NCBI GenBank assembly: GCA_964568885.1
Contig: CAZMSF010000004.1
Location: 1-62,869, forward strand
DNA: 62,869 nucleotides
Source of the DNA: an uncultured Gammaproteobacteria bacterium
Lineage (GTDB): Bacteria > Patescibacteriota > Microgenomatia > Levybacterales > GWA1-39-11
Direction: 5' to 3'
Under the pieces are notes generated by a model that did no database searches, had not been told where the DNA came from, and worked only from the letters and a program-made list of their open reading frames with translations. The position numbers were made by a program, and so were the translations under genes. Below are positions 1 to 8,516 of the stretch, piece after piece (positions within the stretch are counted from its first letter, which is position 1; each line of letters opens with the position of its first letter).

Positions 1-2
1 TG

Positions 3-1136
3 TTAATTAAGCCTCAAACAGCAAGCTTCGCAAAAATCAGGGTTATGGGTATCGGAGGTGGTGGTGGTAATGCTACGAATTCAATGGTTCTTGACGGTCA
101 AATAGAGGGAGTCGATTTTATTGCAGTCAACACTGATGCCCAAGCGCTACTCAATTCTCAGGCAGCTTCAAAATTACAAATCGGTGAAAATATTACCCGT
201 GGTCTTGGTTCCGGCGGAAATCCTGAGGTAGGACGAGCGGCAGCCGAGGAAAGTAAAGAGCGTATCAAACAGTTTCTGGAGGGTTCGGATATGGTATTTC
301 TGACTGCAGGTATGGGAGGTGGAACCGGAACCGGGGCAACTCCCGTTATCGCACAAGTTGCAAAAGAGGTTGGGGCTTTGACAGTGGCCGTTGTGACAAA
401 ACCGTTCAACTTTGAGGGTACAAGAAGGATGGTTGCTGCGGAGGATGGGATTGAGGAATTGAAAGAATATGTGGATACGCTTATCGTTGTCCCCAATCAA
501 AGAATTCTTGATAGCGTAGACAAAAAGTTATCACTTTTGGAAGCCTTTCGGGTTGCCGATTCTGTTTTGGGTCATGGTGTAAAAGGTATCTCAGACCTTA
601 TTACGCAGTCGGGGTATGTTAATGTGGACTTTGCCGATGTGAAGGCTATCATGAACGATGCCGGAACGGCACTTATGGGTCTTGGAGTCGGAGTCGGAGA
701 GAACAGAGCTCAAATCGCTGCACGCCAGGCAATTTCATCTCCGCTTCTTGAGGTCTCCATGGATGGGGCGCGCGGTGTTTTGTTTAACATCGCCGGAGGG
801 GAAGACCTATCCCTCCAGGAAGTTGAAGAGGCATCACGCATTATCACCCAAGCTGCAGATCCGGACGCAAATATTATCTTCGGGGCAACAATTGATAAAG
901 GTGCATTTGACAGCATTCGGATTACTCTTATTGCAACCGGATTTGACGAGTCGAGAAAGAGGCTGCAGCAAATGGTCCAAAGCACACTTGAGGATCAGAA
1001 CCAAGACTATAACCAGCAGGATAATTACAACAACCAGAATGGGAACACACCGTATGTTGCAGAGGAGCCTTCACGAAAAGAGGATGATGAGGAGTCAGTC
1101 TTTGATATCCCCGCTTTCTTAAGACAAAAGAACTAA
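3..1136 (+). CDS. ftsZ: Cell division GTPase FtsZ, 5' end cut by the window edge
   Basis: Tubulin-type signature [12 protein letters not shown]-terminal box [14 protein letters not shown] and C-terminal conserved peptide DIPAFLR. The frame stays open upstream of the tracked ATG (45) back to nt 3 ([14 protein letters not shown]), so Met-45 is internal. Confidence 0.95.
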   Translation, partial: LIKPQTASFAKIRVMGIGGGGGNATNSMVLDGQIEGVDFIAVNTDAQALLNSQAASKLQIGENITRGLGSGGNPEVGRAAAEESKERIKQFLEGSDMVFLTAGMGGGTGTGATPVIAQVAKEVGALTVAVVTKPFNFEGTRRMVAAEDGIEELKEYVDTLIVVPNQRILDSVDKKLSLLEAFRVADSVLGHGVKGISDLITQSGYVNVDFADVKAIMNDAGTALMGLGVGVGENRAQIAARQAISSPLLEVSMDGARGVLFNIAGGEDLSLQEVEEASRIITQAADPDANIIFGATIDKGAFDSIRITLIATGFDESRKRLQQMVQSTLEDQNQDYNQQDNYNNQNGNTPYVAEEPSRKEDDEESVFDIPAFLRQKN

Positions 1137-1137
1137 A

Positions 1138-2523
1138 ATGCCGAAGCACTCGAAAAATAGGGCGCTTACTTTTTTTTCCGCAACATTTCAAAAAATTAAA
1201 AATCCAGTAAAGAAAATCTACTTTGTCGTTGCTGTTTGGTCATATATTTTTCTTTTTTTCGGTTTTGTTTTTCACACTTCTGATAACAAGGATGTTCTTG
1301 GTAAATACAGCTCGCATTATTTTTTGATTTTTATAGCACTTTTAATCCTTTTTATTCCCTACGTTAAATTTTTGCAATTTATTCTTAGAGTGTCTATTTA
1401 CCATTATAAAAAAAGAAGAATAACACTTACCGCCGGGGCAAAAATTCTATTAACGGTATTGATAATTCTTGGGAGTTTGATAGTTGCTGAAATATATCTT
1501 AGGATGCGAAATTACAACGTTCAAAAAAATGTGTATGGAATAGAAAACATTCACCCGTTTTTGCAGGTAAAAATGACAAAAAGATTGGGCGAAAAATATC
1601 ACATTAACTCTCTGGGTTATCGAAACGACGAATTCAAAAAAACAAAAGACAGTGATACGTATAGGATTGTGTTGGTAGGCGGTTCAACGGTTATCAATAT
1701 TGATGTTTCCTATGAAAAAAATGTCGGAAAAGTTCTTGAAGATGAATTAACAAATTATTATCACAAGAAATTTGAAGTGATTAACGCAGGTGTCCAGGGG
1801 TATACTACCGAGCATTCCATCATCGACTACATGTTTCGCATCAGTGAGCTTAAGCCTGATTTGGTTATTATGTGGCATGGGGTAAACGATTTGTATGCCT
1901 CTTGTCCTACAAGGCTTGGTGCTTACAAGTCCGATTACTCACATTTGATAGGCCAACTTGAGAATCCTGTTATTTCCTATTTCAAAAAACCGATAATTCA
2001 AGTTAACGTGCATTCTGCTGTTGCCGATTACATTCTTAATCTGGCGAGTCTGTACCTATATACGGATATAACACCTATTCTTGAAAAAAGACCGCAGCAG
2101 ATACGATTTGCAAATAGCAAAGAGTTTGATTTTGATTTTCCGAGTATTAATAGTTACCGAAGAAATTTGGAATATTTTGTTACTGTTGTGAAATCCGATA
2201 ACGTAAAAGTGATATTGGGAAACCAACCCAACATTTATAGCAAACTCAAAGAATACAAGATGGACTATGCTTCGCTTGTTTGTTATGAAAATGGAAAACG
2301 CTCAAGCTTGCAATCAGTTTCAAAAGCTATGGACCAGTTCAATACTGTTGCAAAAGAAGTAGCCGACAAAAAAGACGTACCATTCATAGATTTGGATGCA
2401 ATGCTTCCCAAAAACAGACAGTATTATAGTGACGTTGTCCATTGGACTGCCGAAGGAAATGCCGTTATCGGAAAGGAATTATTTGAATTTATCCGTGATA
2501 ACAATTTCATTCCCAATCAATGA
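1138..2523 (+). CDS. Membrane-anchored SGNH/GDSL-family hydrolase or acyl-esterase, paralog A
   Basis: About 3 N-terminal TM helices, then SGNH blocks I GGSTV, II NAGVQGYT, III HGVNDL and V DVVHW. Clearly paralogous to 28675..30048(-) and 34085..35434(+). The ATG lies 1 nt after the ftsZ stop. Confidence 0.7.
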   Translation: MPKHSKNRALTFFSATFQKIKNPVKKIYFVVAVWSYIFLFFGFVFHTSDNKDVLGKYSSHYFLIFIALLILFIPYVKFLQFILRVSIYHYKKRRITLTAGAKILLTVLIILGSLIVAEIYLRMRNYNVQKNVYGIENIHPFLQVKMTKRLGEKYHINSLGYRNDEFKKTKDSDTYRIVLVGGSTVINIDVSYEKNVGKVLEDELTNYYHKKFEVINAGVQGYTTEHSIIDYMFRISELKPDLVIMWHGVNDLYASCPTRLGAYKSDYSHLIGQLENPVISYFKKPIIQVNVHSAVADYILNLASLYLYTDITPILEKRPQQIRFANSKEFDFDFPSINSYRRNLEYFVTVVKSDNVKVILGNQPNIYSKLKEYKMDYASLVCYENGKRSSLQSVSKAMDQFNTVAKEVADKKDVPFIDLDAMLPKNRQYYSDVVHWTAEGNAVIGKELFEFIRDNNFIPNQ

Positions 2524-3176
2524 CTGATTTTAAGATCGTCCGGTCAAAAAGAAAGTCAATTGCAATTATAATTTTGCCAACAGGCGTTGTGGAGGTAAGA
2601 GCACCAAAATCCATTCCTGAATTTGCCATCAAAGCATTTGTTAAAAGTAAAAGCGAGTGGATAGAAGAAAGACAGGCTCATGTTCTCAAAAACAAAATTG
2701 TCCCAAAACAATTTATTAACGGGGAGAAATTTCTTTATTTAGGAAATGAGTACCAACTCTTGTTGGGCCCTTCCCCGCATATTGAGATAGAAGGCCGTAT
2801 CATGCATTTTCCTCTTGCGCTTGCTCGTAGCGGGCACGGTTTTTTGGAAAAATGGTATATAAAACAGGCAAAACATGTCATAAAAAATCTCGTTGATGAA
2901 TATTCAAAAGAGATGAAACTGCCATATAACGGAATTTCCTTCTCAGACACAAGTTCCAAATGGGGTTCGTGCACTCCTGACAACAGATTACAATTTAATT
3001 GGCGCCTTGTTATGGCGCCCCTTCTTGTTATCCGGTATGTTGTTATCCATGAATTGGTTCATACTGTTGAAAAAAACCACAAAGTTCTTTTCTGGAACAA
3101 AGTCCGCGCCAAAAACCCGAGCTATAAAAATCAGATAAAATGGTTAAGGGAAAAAGGTGACAAACTGAAAATATAA
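2520..3176 (+). CDS. YgjP-like metal-dependent hydrolase (DUF45, HExxH)
   Basis: SKWGSCTPDNRLQFNWRLVMAPLLVIRYVVIHELVHTVEKNH carries the WGSC box plus HExxH zinc motif typical of YgjP/DUF45 proteins. The start overlaps the upstream stop (ATGA). Confidence 0.8.
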   Translation: MTDFKIVRSKRKSIAIIILPTGVVEVRAPKSIPEFAIKAFVKSKSEWIEERQAHVLKNKIVPKQFINGEKFLYLGNEYQLLLGPSPHIEIEGRIMHFPLALARSGHGFLEKWYIKQAKHVIKNLVDEYSKEMKLPYNGISFSDTSSKWGSCTPDNRLQFNWRLVMAPLLVIRYVVIHELVHTVEKNHKVLFWNKVRAKNPSYKNQIKWLREKGDKLKI

Positions 3177-3217
3177 TCCTATACATCTCAAAACTCCTCA
3201 TTTACAATAGGTAAAAT

Positions 3218-4333
3218 ATGGGTTTACTTCGTTTTATCTATGCTCTCGCAGTTGTCATCATTCATACAACTCCTATTCTTGGATTTACACTTCTTTCTCG
3301 CGACTTGGCGGTTTGGTCATTTTTTGTCATCTCGGGTTTTTACATGGGTCTTATTCTTAATGAAAAATACACCGGAAAAAATAGCTCCTTTTTTCTTTTC
3401 CTCTCCAACAGATTCTTAAGAATTTATCCGGTATATTTTGTGAGTCTTCTGCTGACTGTTGGAGTGCTCTTGATTCTTTTTGTTTTTCATCTCCAAAATC
3501 CTTTGTCCGAATATCTTTCAATTCACACGACTATTGTTTCAAGAATTTGGGATACACTTCGGAATATTACGCTTCTTATAGCACCCGAGTATTTCTATGA
3601 GCCAAAGACTTACCCCGGATTTTTGCTTTTATCGCAGGCGTGGACTCTGCAGCTTGAATTGTTATTTTATTTCTTTGCACCGTTTCTCTTACGGAAAAAA
3701 TGGTACTACGTGTTATTTGTTCTTCTTTTGGTCCTTGTTTTTGATTATAAATTTTTATTCCCGATGAAATTATTCTCCGGTCAATCTCTCGTGTACCGTT
3801 TTTTTGCAAATGTTCCGTTTTTTTTGATGGGTGGAGTAAGTTATAAATTGTATTCAGGATTGTCAAAAATAAAATTCAAGGAAAAGACATTATCGGTTAT
3901 CTTTATTATTTTTCTCTTCATCACTTTTTCATATAATTATTTGCACATTAATATCCCGCTTGTTTCCCCGCGCCATCATACGGATTGGTTATATTACGTA
4001 GGACTCTTAATTGTTATTCCTTTTGTTTTTTCTTATACAAAGAAAAACCGTTTTGACAGATTTATCGGAGAACTTTCCTATCCTGCTTATATTATCCACA
4101 CATTGATAATAACCCTGACGGTTGCTTTGTTCCCCGGCATTTCAAATTCGGCAGTGTACCCTTTGGTTGTGATAGTAGCAACCATGGTTGTGTCCATACT
4201 GCTTGCGTTATTCGTAGATAGAAAGGTCGACGGGTGGCGGCAAAAGAGATTGCGGCTTTCTCCCAAAAAGAAAAATCAATTCTATGGATTTTTTCCAAAA
4301 CTCCCGTTAAAAAAGAGAGGAGAAAGTGATTGA
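3218..4333 (+). CDS. Acyltransferase family 3 (AT3, OafA/OatA-type) integral membrane protein
   Basis: N-terminal LRFIYALAVVIIH motif, internal AWTLQLELLFYFFAPF motif and about 10 predicted TM helices. TACAAT at 3203..3208 lies 9 nt upstream of the ATG. Confidence 0.75.
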   Translation: MGLLRFIYALAVVIIHTTPILGFTLLSRDLAVWSFFVISGFYMGLILNEKYTGKNSSFFLFLSNRFLRIYPVYFVSLLLTVGVLLILFVFHLQNPLSEYLSIHTTIVSRIWDTLRNITLLIAPEYFYEPKTYPGFLLLSQAWTLQLELLFYFFAPFLLRKKWYYVLFVLLLVLVFDYKFLFPMKLFSGQSLVYRFFANVPFFLMGGVSYKLYSGLSKIKFKEKTLSVIFIIFLFITFSYNYLHINIPLVSPRHHTDWLYYVGLLIVIPFVFSYTKKNRFDRFIGELSYPAYIIHTLIITLTVALFPGISNSAVYPLVVIVATMVVSILLALFVDRKVDGWRQKRLRLSPKKKNQFYGFFPKLPLKKRGESD

Positions 4334-4354
4334 TTCTGGTATACTCAGATACTG

Positions 4355-4849
4355 ATGGATAAAACGGAAATAGTCGACCCACAAGTATTGGAAAGTCTCA
4401 GAAAAAATAACATAAAGTTTCAAGTTTTTGAATGTGATGAAGATTCTGCCGACACCTACACTTTTTGTGATAAATACGGATTTCCCCTTTCGGAGTCGGC
4501 AAACACAATTATAATTGCCGGGAAAGGGGAGCAGATAACGTATGCAGCATGTGTAGCTCTTGCAACTACAAAACTGGACGTCAACAAAAAGGTATGTCAA
4601 TTGTTGGGTGTCAAAAAAGCTTCATTTGCGACGCAAGAACAAACCATGCACGAAACAAGCATGAAGATAGGGGGAGTAACCGTTTTTGGAATTGAAAACA
4701 TGCCGGTATTTGTCGACTCGAAGGTGATTAATAACGGACAAATTGTTATGGGCGGTGGAAACCGTATATCGAAAGTTTTGCTTGACCCGCATGAGCTATT
4801 AAAACTTCCGAACGTTCAGATAGTTGAAGCCCTTGCCATTATGAAATGA
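4355..4849 (+). CDS. YbaK/EbsC-type aminoacyl-tRNA deacylase domain protein
   Basis: Size and motifs (KIGGVTVFGI, VFVDSKV, IVMGGGNRISKVLLDP) fit the YbaK/ProX trans-editing fold. Extended -10 TGGTATACT at 4337..4345. Confidence 0.65.
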   Translation: MDKTEIVDPQVLESLRKNNIKFQVFECDEDSADTYTFCDKYGFPLSESANTIIIAGKGEQITYAACVALATTKLDVNKKVCQLLGVKKASFATQEQTMHETSMKIGGVTVFGIENMPVFVDSKVINNGQIVMGGGNRISKVLLDPHELLKLPNVQIVEALAIMK

Positions 4850-4858
4850 TAAGAAGTC

Positions 4859-5191
4859 TTAATAATTTCTCTTTCGGTAGAATACAAAAAGCAAAACAAA
4901 TGAGACAAGCGCGATTATTATTAAGACCGTGATGATGGTGTTTATTGTTGTCGGAGGAATTATTTGGGTTGCGGCAGTCTGGAAGGAAGTTTCATCGGTA
5001 TTTACGACTACCGACCCGCTTGCGATAGTTGCAGCGCGTTGCCGTATCTCTAACGGATGCAGTGAGACTAAATAAATTACGGGAATAGTAATTGTCGCAA
5101 AGAAAAGGATCAAAAAAGGTACAAAGAATGGGGAGGAAACGGATTCCCGTAGTCTTCTTAAAAATGGTTTACTTCTAATTTGGCGGACCAC
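4859..5191 (-). CDS. Hypothetical membrane protein (N- and C-terminal TM helices)
   Basis: ORF of 110 aa, last gene of the minus-strand string 7395->4859. Hydrophobic helices at both ends and a basic C-terminal tail YRKRNY. No family recognised. Confidence 0.4.
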   Translation of the reverse strand: MVRQIRSKPFLRRLRESVSSPFFVPFLILFFATITIPVIYLVSLHPLEIRQRAATIASGSVVVNTDETSFQTAATQIIPPTTINTIITVLIIIALVSFVLLFVFYRKRNY

Positions 5192-5198
5192 AGGATTA

Positions 5199-5918
5199 TT
5201 ATTTCATCATTTGCCGGAGTTTTTCAACCTCTTTTCCCGTAAGCGTTCTATACTCTCCGCTTTTCAACCCTTCAAGCGTTAAATTGCCGAATTTTATTCT
5301 TTGTAGGTCAAGAAGCGTAAGCTTTAGCGCATCACACATTCTCCGAATTTGCCTTTTTTTCCCTTCAAATATAGTAAGCTCTAGAATGGTCGCATCTTTA
5401 CGCTTTTGAACAACAGTAACTTTGGCAGGCGCAGTTATTCCATCTTCAAGTTCTATTCCTTTTTCCAGAGCTTCGATTTGAAGGGGAGAAACAGTGCCTT
5501 TAATAGCGAGTTGGTACGTCTTTCCGATGTGAAATTTCGGGTGGATAAGCATATTGGTAAGCTCTCCGTCGTTGGTGAGAATAAGTAATCCATGAGTATC
5601 CCGGTCGAGCCGTCCTACCGGAAATATGCGGGCCTCGGTTTTGATAAGAGATACTACGTTTTTTCTCCCGAACTCGTCGGAGGAGGTTGAAATTATTCCT
5701 TTCGGTTTATTGAGAAGATAATATTCCTTTTTTATTTTTTTCAAGCTTTGACCGTTCACTTTGATGGTGGAGCGCGTAGGCACCCGCTGTCCATGCTCGG
5801 TGATTTTTACCTCATCTGCCGTAACCCTGTTGTTTTTGATGAATTGTTCAACACCCCTTCTTGAAGAAAGGCCCAGAGAGGAGAGAAGTTTGTCTGCACG
5901 TATTGTTTGCTGCTTCAT
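5199..5918 (-). CDS. Pseudouridine synthase, RsuA/RluB/RluF family
   Basis: N-terminal S4 RNA-binding domain (RADKLLSSLGLSSRR) and catalytic Asp motif GRLDRDTHGLLILTNDGEL. Confidence 0.9.
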   Translation of the reverse strand: MKQQTIRADKLLSSLGLSSRRGVEQFIKNNRVTADEVKITEHGQRVPTRSTIKVNGQSLKKIKKEYYLLNKPKGIISTSSDEFGRKNVVSLIKTEARIFPVGRLDRDTHGLLILTNDGELTNMLIHPKFHIGKTYQLAIKGTVSPLQIEALEKGIELEDGITAPAKVTVVQKRKDATILELTIFEGKKRQIRRMCDALKLTLLDLQRIKFGNLTLEGLKSGEYRTLTGKEVEKLRQMMK

Positions 5919-5922
5919 TGAA

Positions 5923-6987
5923 TTATCCGGTTATTTTATCAGCGTATGGAATTTTGTGTACAAAAAATGCTATCCCGAAAGAAATTATTGAAATTATCAA
6001 GAACAGTAAGGGGTCAAACCAAATGTTTCTTAGAAATGCCGAATTGCCATTGCCAATAATTGCATCAATGACATTGTCCCACAATAATGACTGTATCAAG
6101 ACATGAACGAAAAATACAAAAAATGAAAGCTTTGACATTGTGATAAAAAAGCTTCTGAGAAATTGCGTTTTTTCCAATGCAAAATAAAGAAGTGAAGAAA
6201 GGATAAGAGTATAAAGATAATTAAGAGGTCCGTACTGATTGTAGATAAAACGGGATGTGTGATATTTGGTGCTTAGTGCCTGCACATGTGCGAATATGAT
6301 GAAGGGGAAGAGAATTGTTGTAAAGGCAAAAACATATATATACTGCTTTACAAATTTAAAAATGTTTTCTTTATGATGGCTTGCGACCATCCCCGTTATA
6401 AACATAGCAAAGCTGAGGATTGCAATGCGAATGTCATAGGAAAAATCCCACTGTTTTATATAGTAGTCCTTGTAAAGGATGAAAAGTTCGGCTCCCCAAA
6501 GCAGAAGTAAGACCGCGGGGTTTTTGAGAAATCTGATTGCACTATGAAAAAAAGGAAATGCCAGATAAAAAAGGATTAATGTCGGGATGAAATAGAGGTG
6601 GTATGAGGCATTCCCCAAAAACAATGCGGTAATCAATTTTTGACTTAAAAGTTTGGTGAATTGAAAGTTAGTAAAGAACAAAAAATAAATGCATGTCCAA
6701 AAAAAATAAGGAACTACAATCCGGGACGCTCTTTTCTTGAAAAAAGTTATATAGGAAAGACCGTTCTTGTTATTGAGTTCCAAAACAAAGCCGGATATCA
6801 AAAAAAACAGAGGTACCGCGAACCTGGCTGCTTGGTTTAGGAAAAGAGAAAATGGGGCAGCGGCTATATCAAGATGGAGAGTTGCCAGCGTTTTGGTAGT
6901 TATGTGAATGGCTATTACGGCAAGAATTGCGATAACTCGTAGTGCGTCAATTGAGAACAGATAAGTATTTTTTTTTGAGTGGTCCAT
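5923..6987 (-). CDS. Acyltransferase family 3 (AT3) integral membrane protein, second copy
   Basis: N-terminal IDALRVIAILAVIAIH motif and a polytopic membrane profile throughout. Confidence 0.75.
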   Translation of the reverse strand: MDHSKKNTYLFSIDALRVIAILAVIAIHITTKTLATLHLDIAAAPFSLFLNQAARFAVPLFFLISGFVLELNNKNGLSYITFFKKRASRIVVPYFFWTCIYFLFFTNFQFTKLLSQKLITALFLGNASYHLYFIPTLILFYLAFPFFHSAIRFLKNPAVLLLLWGAELFILYKDYYIKQWDFSYDIRIAILSFAMFITGMVASHHKENIFKFVKQYIYVFAFTTILFPFIIFAHVQALSTKYHTSRFIYNQYGPLNYLYTLILSSLLYFALEKTQFLRSFFITMSKLSFFVFFVHVLIQSLLWDNVIDAIIGNGNSAFLRNIWFDPLLFLIISIISFGIAFFVHKIPYADKITG

Positions 6988-7020
6988 TACATTCCCGTCT
7001 GTTTTTCGAAAAAATCTTGG

Positions 7021-7395
7021 TTAAATTCCTGCCTGCTTTCTGAAAGTGAGCCAAAGCTTGCCCCAAAAAGACGCTTTCTCCATTTTTTTATCTAACTCCC
7101 GCATCTTTTCCATCTTTTTGTGGTATTTTTCCTTTTTCCGAAAATCGACAGTTCCAGCAAGAGGTGGGTCAATCCATGCGGACAGTACCACCCATTCTCC
7201 TATATCATTTTTTTTGCCGACTGCCGTTATTACGTGTCCGTTATTATGCTTGGTAAATTCTGTCGTGTATTTCTCTTTGCCGGGAGCTGTTCTGTCCGGA
7301 GTTCTGACAGCCTGCCAGACAAGGTCTCCGGGAATTCTTCGTTGTTTCATGCGTTCAATTGCATGATTGGTAAAGACGACATCATTTATTTTCAT
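7021..7395 (-). CDS. DUF4258-like small protein (toxin-like fold) with Lys-rich C-terminal tail
   Basis: VVFTNHAIERMKQRRI matches the DUF4258 signature region. The start is moved to ATG 7395 (M23 of the tracked ORF). On the minus strand the upstream sequence reads GGTATAATAAGGAT-ATG. The tracked TTG start at 7461 would read through the palindrome. Confidence 0.55.
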   Translation of the reverse strand: MKINDVVFTNHAIERMKQRRIPGDLVWQAVRTPDRTAPGKEKYTTEFTKHNNGHVITAVGKKNDIGEWVVLSAWIDPPLAGTVDFRKKEKYHKKMEKMRELDKKMEKASFWGKLWLTFRKQAGI

Positions 7396-7448
7396 ATCCT
7401 TATTATACCCCTTTACAAAAAAAAGCAGTCGAGCATAACATCTTCTAC

Positions 7449-7482
7449 GCTCAATTTGCAACCCAAATGTTGCAAATTGAGC
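7449..7482. repeat. Perfect 14-bp inverted repeat (34-nt palindromic element) in a divergent intergenic region
   Basis: GCTCAATTTGCAAC-CCAAAT-GTTGCAAATTGAGC. It lies between DUF4258 (start 7395, minus strand) and the nuclease gene (start 7598, plus strand). Confidence 0.85.
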
Positions 7483-7597
7483 AAGAAATGTATATATCGA
7501 CTCACAGAATTTCGCTCAAGTGAGCCTATTTGCATTCAAGATTTCAAATGGTATACAATGGGTGAACTTTTTGTGTCTCAAAAGGTCGTTGTCCGTT

Positions 7598-8461
7598 ATG
7601 GTATCTGATAAATATTCGGCAGTATGGGTATCGCACACGTCTATATGCGACTTTCTGAATTGTCCCCGCGCCTATTTTCTCAAACACGTGTATAAAGACC
7701 CAAAGACAAATCACAAGATAAAGCTAATGTCTCCTCCATTGGCATTAGGGCAGGCAGTTCATGAAGTTATTGAAAGCCTTTCGGTTCTTCCGGTGACAGA
7801 ACGGTTCAGGGAGCCTTTAATAAACAAGTTCGAGCAATCGTGGAAAAAAGTTTCAGGAAAAAGGGGAGGATTTTTGAATGATGAAGCGGAACAGCGTTAT
7901 AAAGTCCGGGGGGAAGAAATGCTCAAACGTGTTACCGATAACCCTGGCCCCATTGCAAGGCAAGCGGTCAAAATCAAAATGGACCTGCCTAATTATTGGC
8001 TTTCGGAGGAGGAGAATATTATTCTTTGTGGAAAAATCGATTGGCTCGAATATCTACCGGTAACCGATGGAGTTCACATAATCGATTTTAAGACGGGGAA
8101 AAATGACGAAGACGGTGACTCGTTGCAGTTGCCAATATATTTACTTCTTGTCAGTAATTGCCAAACAAGAAAAGTTGAGCGTGCATCGTATTGGTATCTT
8201 GAGAGAAATGATGAATTGACCCAATGCGAGCTGCCAAATACTGAAGATGCGTACAAAAAAATACTCGATGTTGCCCGAAAAATTAAATTGGCCCGGGCAC
8301 TTGAAAAATATTCCTGTAAGATGGGGAATGGATGTTTGCACTGCAAGCCCTACGAAGCAATACTTCGTGGAGAGGCAGAATTGGTCGGAACCGACGAATA
8401 CAACGCCGATGTGTACATATTGAGTAACGGACTGAGCGAGAACGAAAGCGTTATCCTCTGA
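7598..8461 (+). CDS. PD-(D/E)XK nuclease, Cas4/RecB/AddB-like, with 4-Cys cluster
   Basis: N-terminal Cys (NCPRAYF), GKIDW...IIDFKTGK (D...DxK), QLPIYLLL (QxxxY) and C-terminal CKMGNGCLHC (C-x5-C-x2-C). The start is moved to ATG 7598 (M27 of the tracked ORF). Confidence 0.75.
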   Translation: MVSDKYSAVWVSHTSICDFLNCPRAYFLKHVYKDPKTNHKIKLMSPPLALGQAVHEVIESLSVLPVTERFREPLINKFEQSWKKVSGKRGGFLNDEAEQRYKVRGEEMLKRVTDNPGPIARQAVKIKMDLPNYWLSEEENIILCGKIDWLEYLPVTDGVHIIDFKTGKNDEDGDSLQLPIYLLLVSNCQTRKVERASYWYLERNDELTQCELPNTEDAYKKILDVARKIKLARALEKYSCKMGNGCLHCKPYEAILRGEAELVGTDEYNADVYILSNGLSENESVIL

Positions 8462-8516
8462 ATTGTTTTTATCAATTTTTTCAGTACAATAGAGAAAAGT
8501 TTTTGAGGTGTCTTTT

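Noticed and set aside
158-1191. Several 87-154 aa ORFs inside or antisense to ftsZ (158..496-, 174..500-, 658..1122+, 710..985-, 928..1191-)
   Set aside because: They fully overlap a gene with unmistakable FtsZ motifs. Their translations are low-complexity or Arg/Ser/Pro-rich shadow frames with no recognisable domains.
2521-2523. Alternative genetic code (UGA recoding, as in some candidate phyla)
   Set aside because: TGA serves as a stop where homology also ends, for example at the end of the SGNH paralog A gene at 2521..2523. All conserved proteins are full-length under the standard code.
4859-5191. A C-terminal sorting-signal-like tail (IPPTTINT + TM helix + YRKRNY) suggesting a sortase or exosortase substrate
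   Set aside because: The motif does not match LPXTG, PEP-CTERM or other defined signals. The protein also has an N-terminal TM helix rather than a clear signal peptide, and no sortase gene is in the window. The evidence is insufficient.
7396-7461. The tracked TTG start at 7461 for the DUF4258 ORF (22 extra N-terminal residues)
   Set aside because: The extension (MQIERRRCYARLLFFVKGYNKD) is translated from the palindromic element and the promoter region. ATG 7395 has a TATAAT/AAGGA context, and the DUF4258 homology starts right after it.
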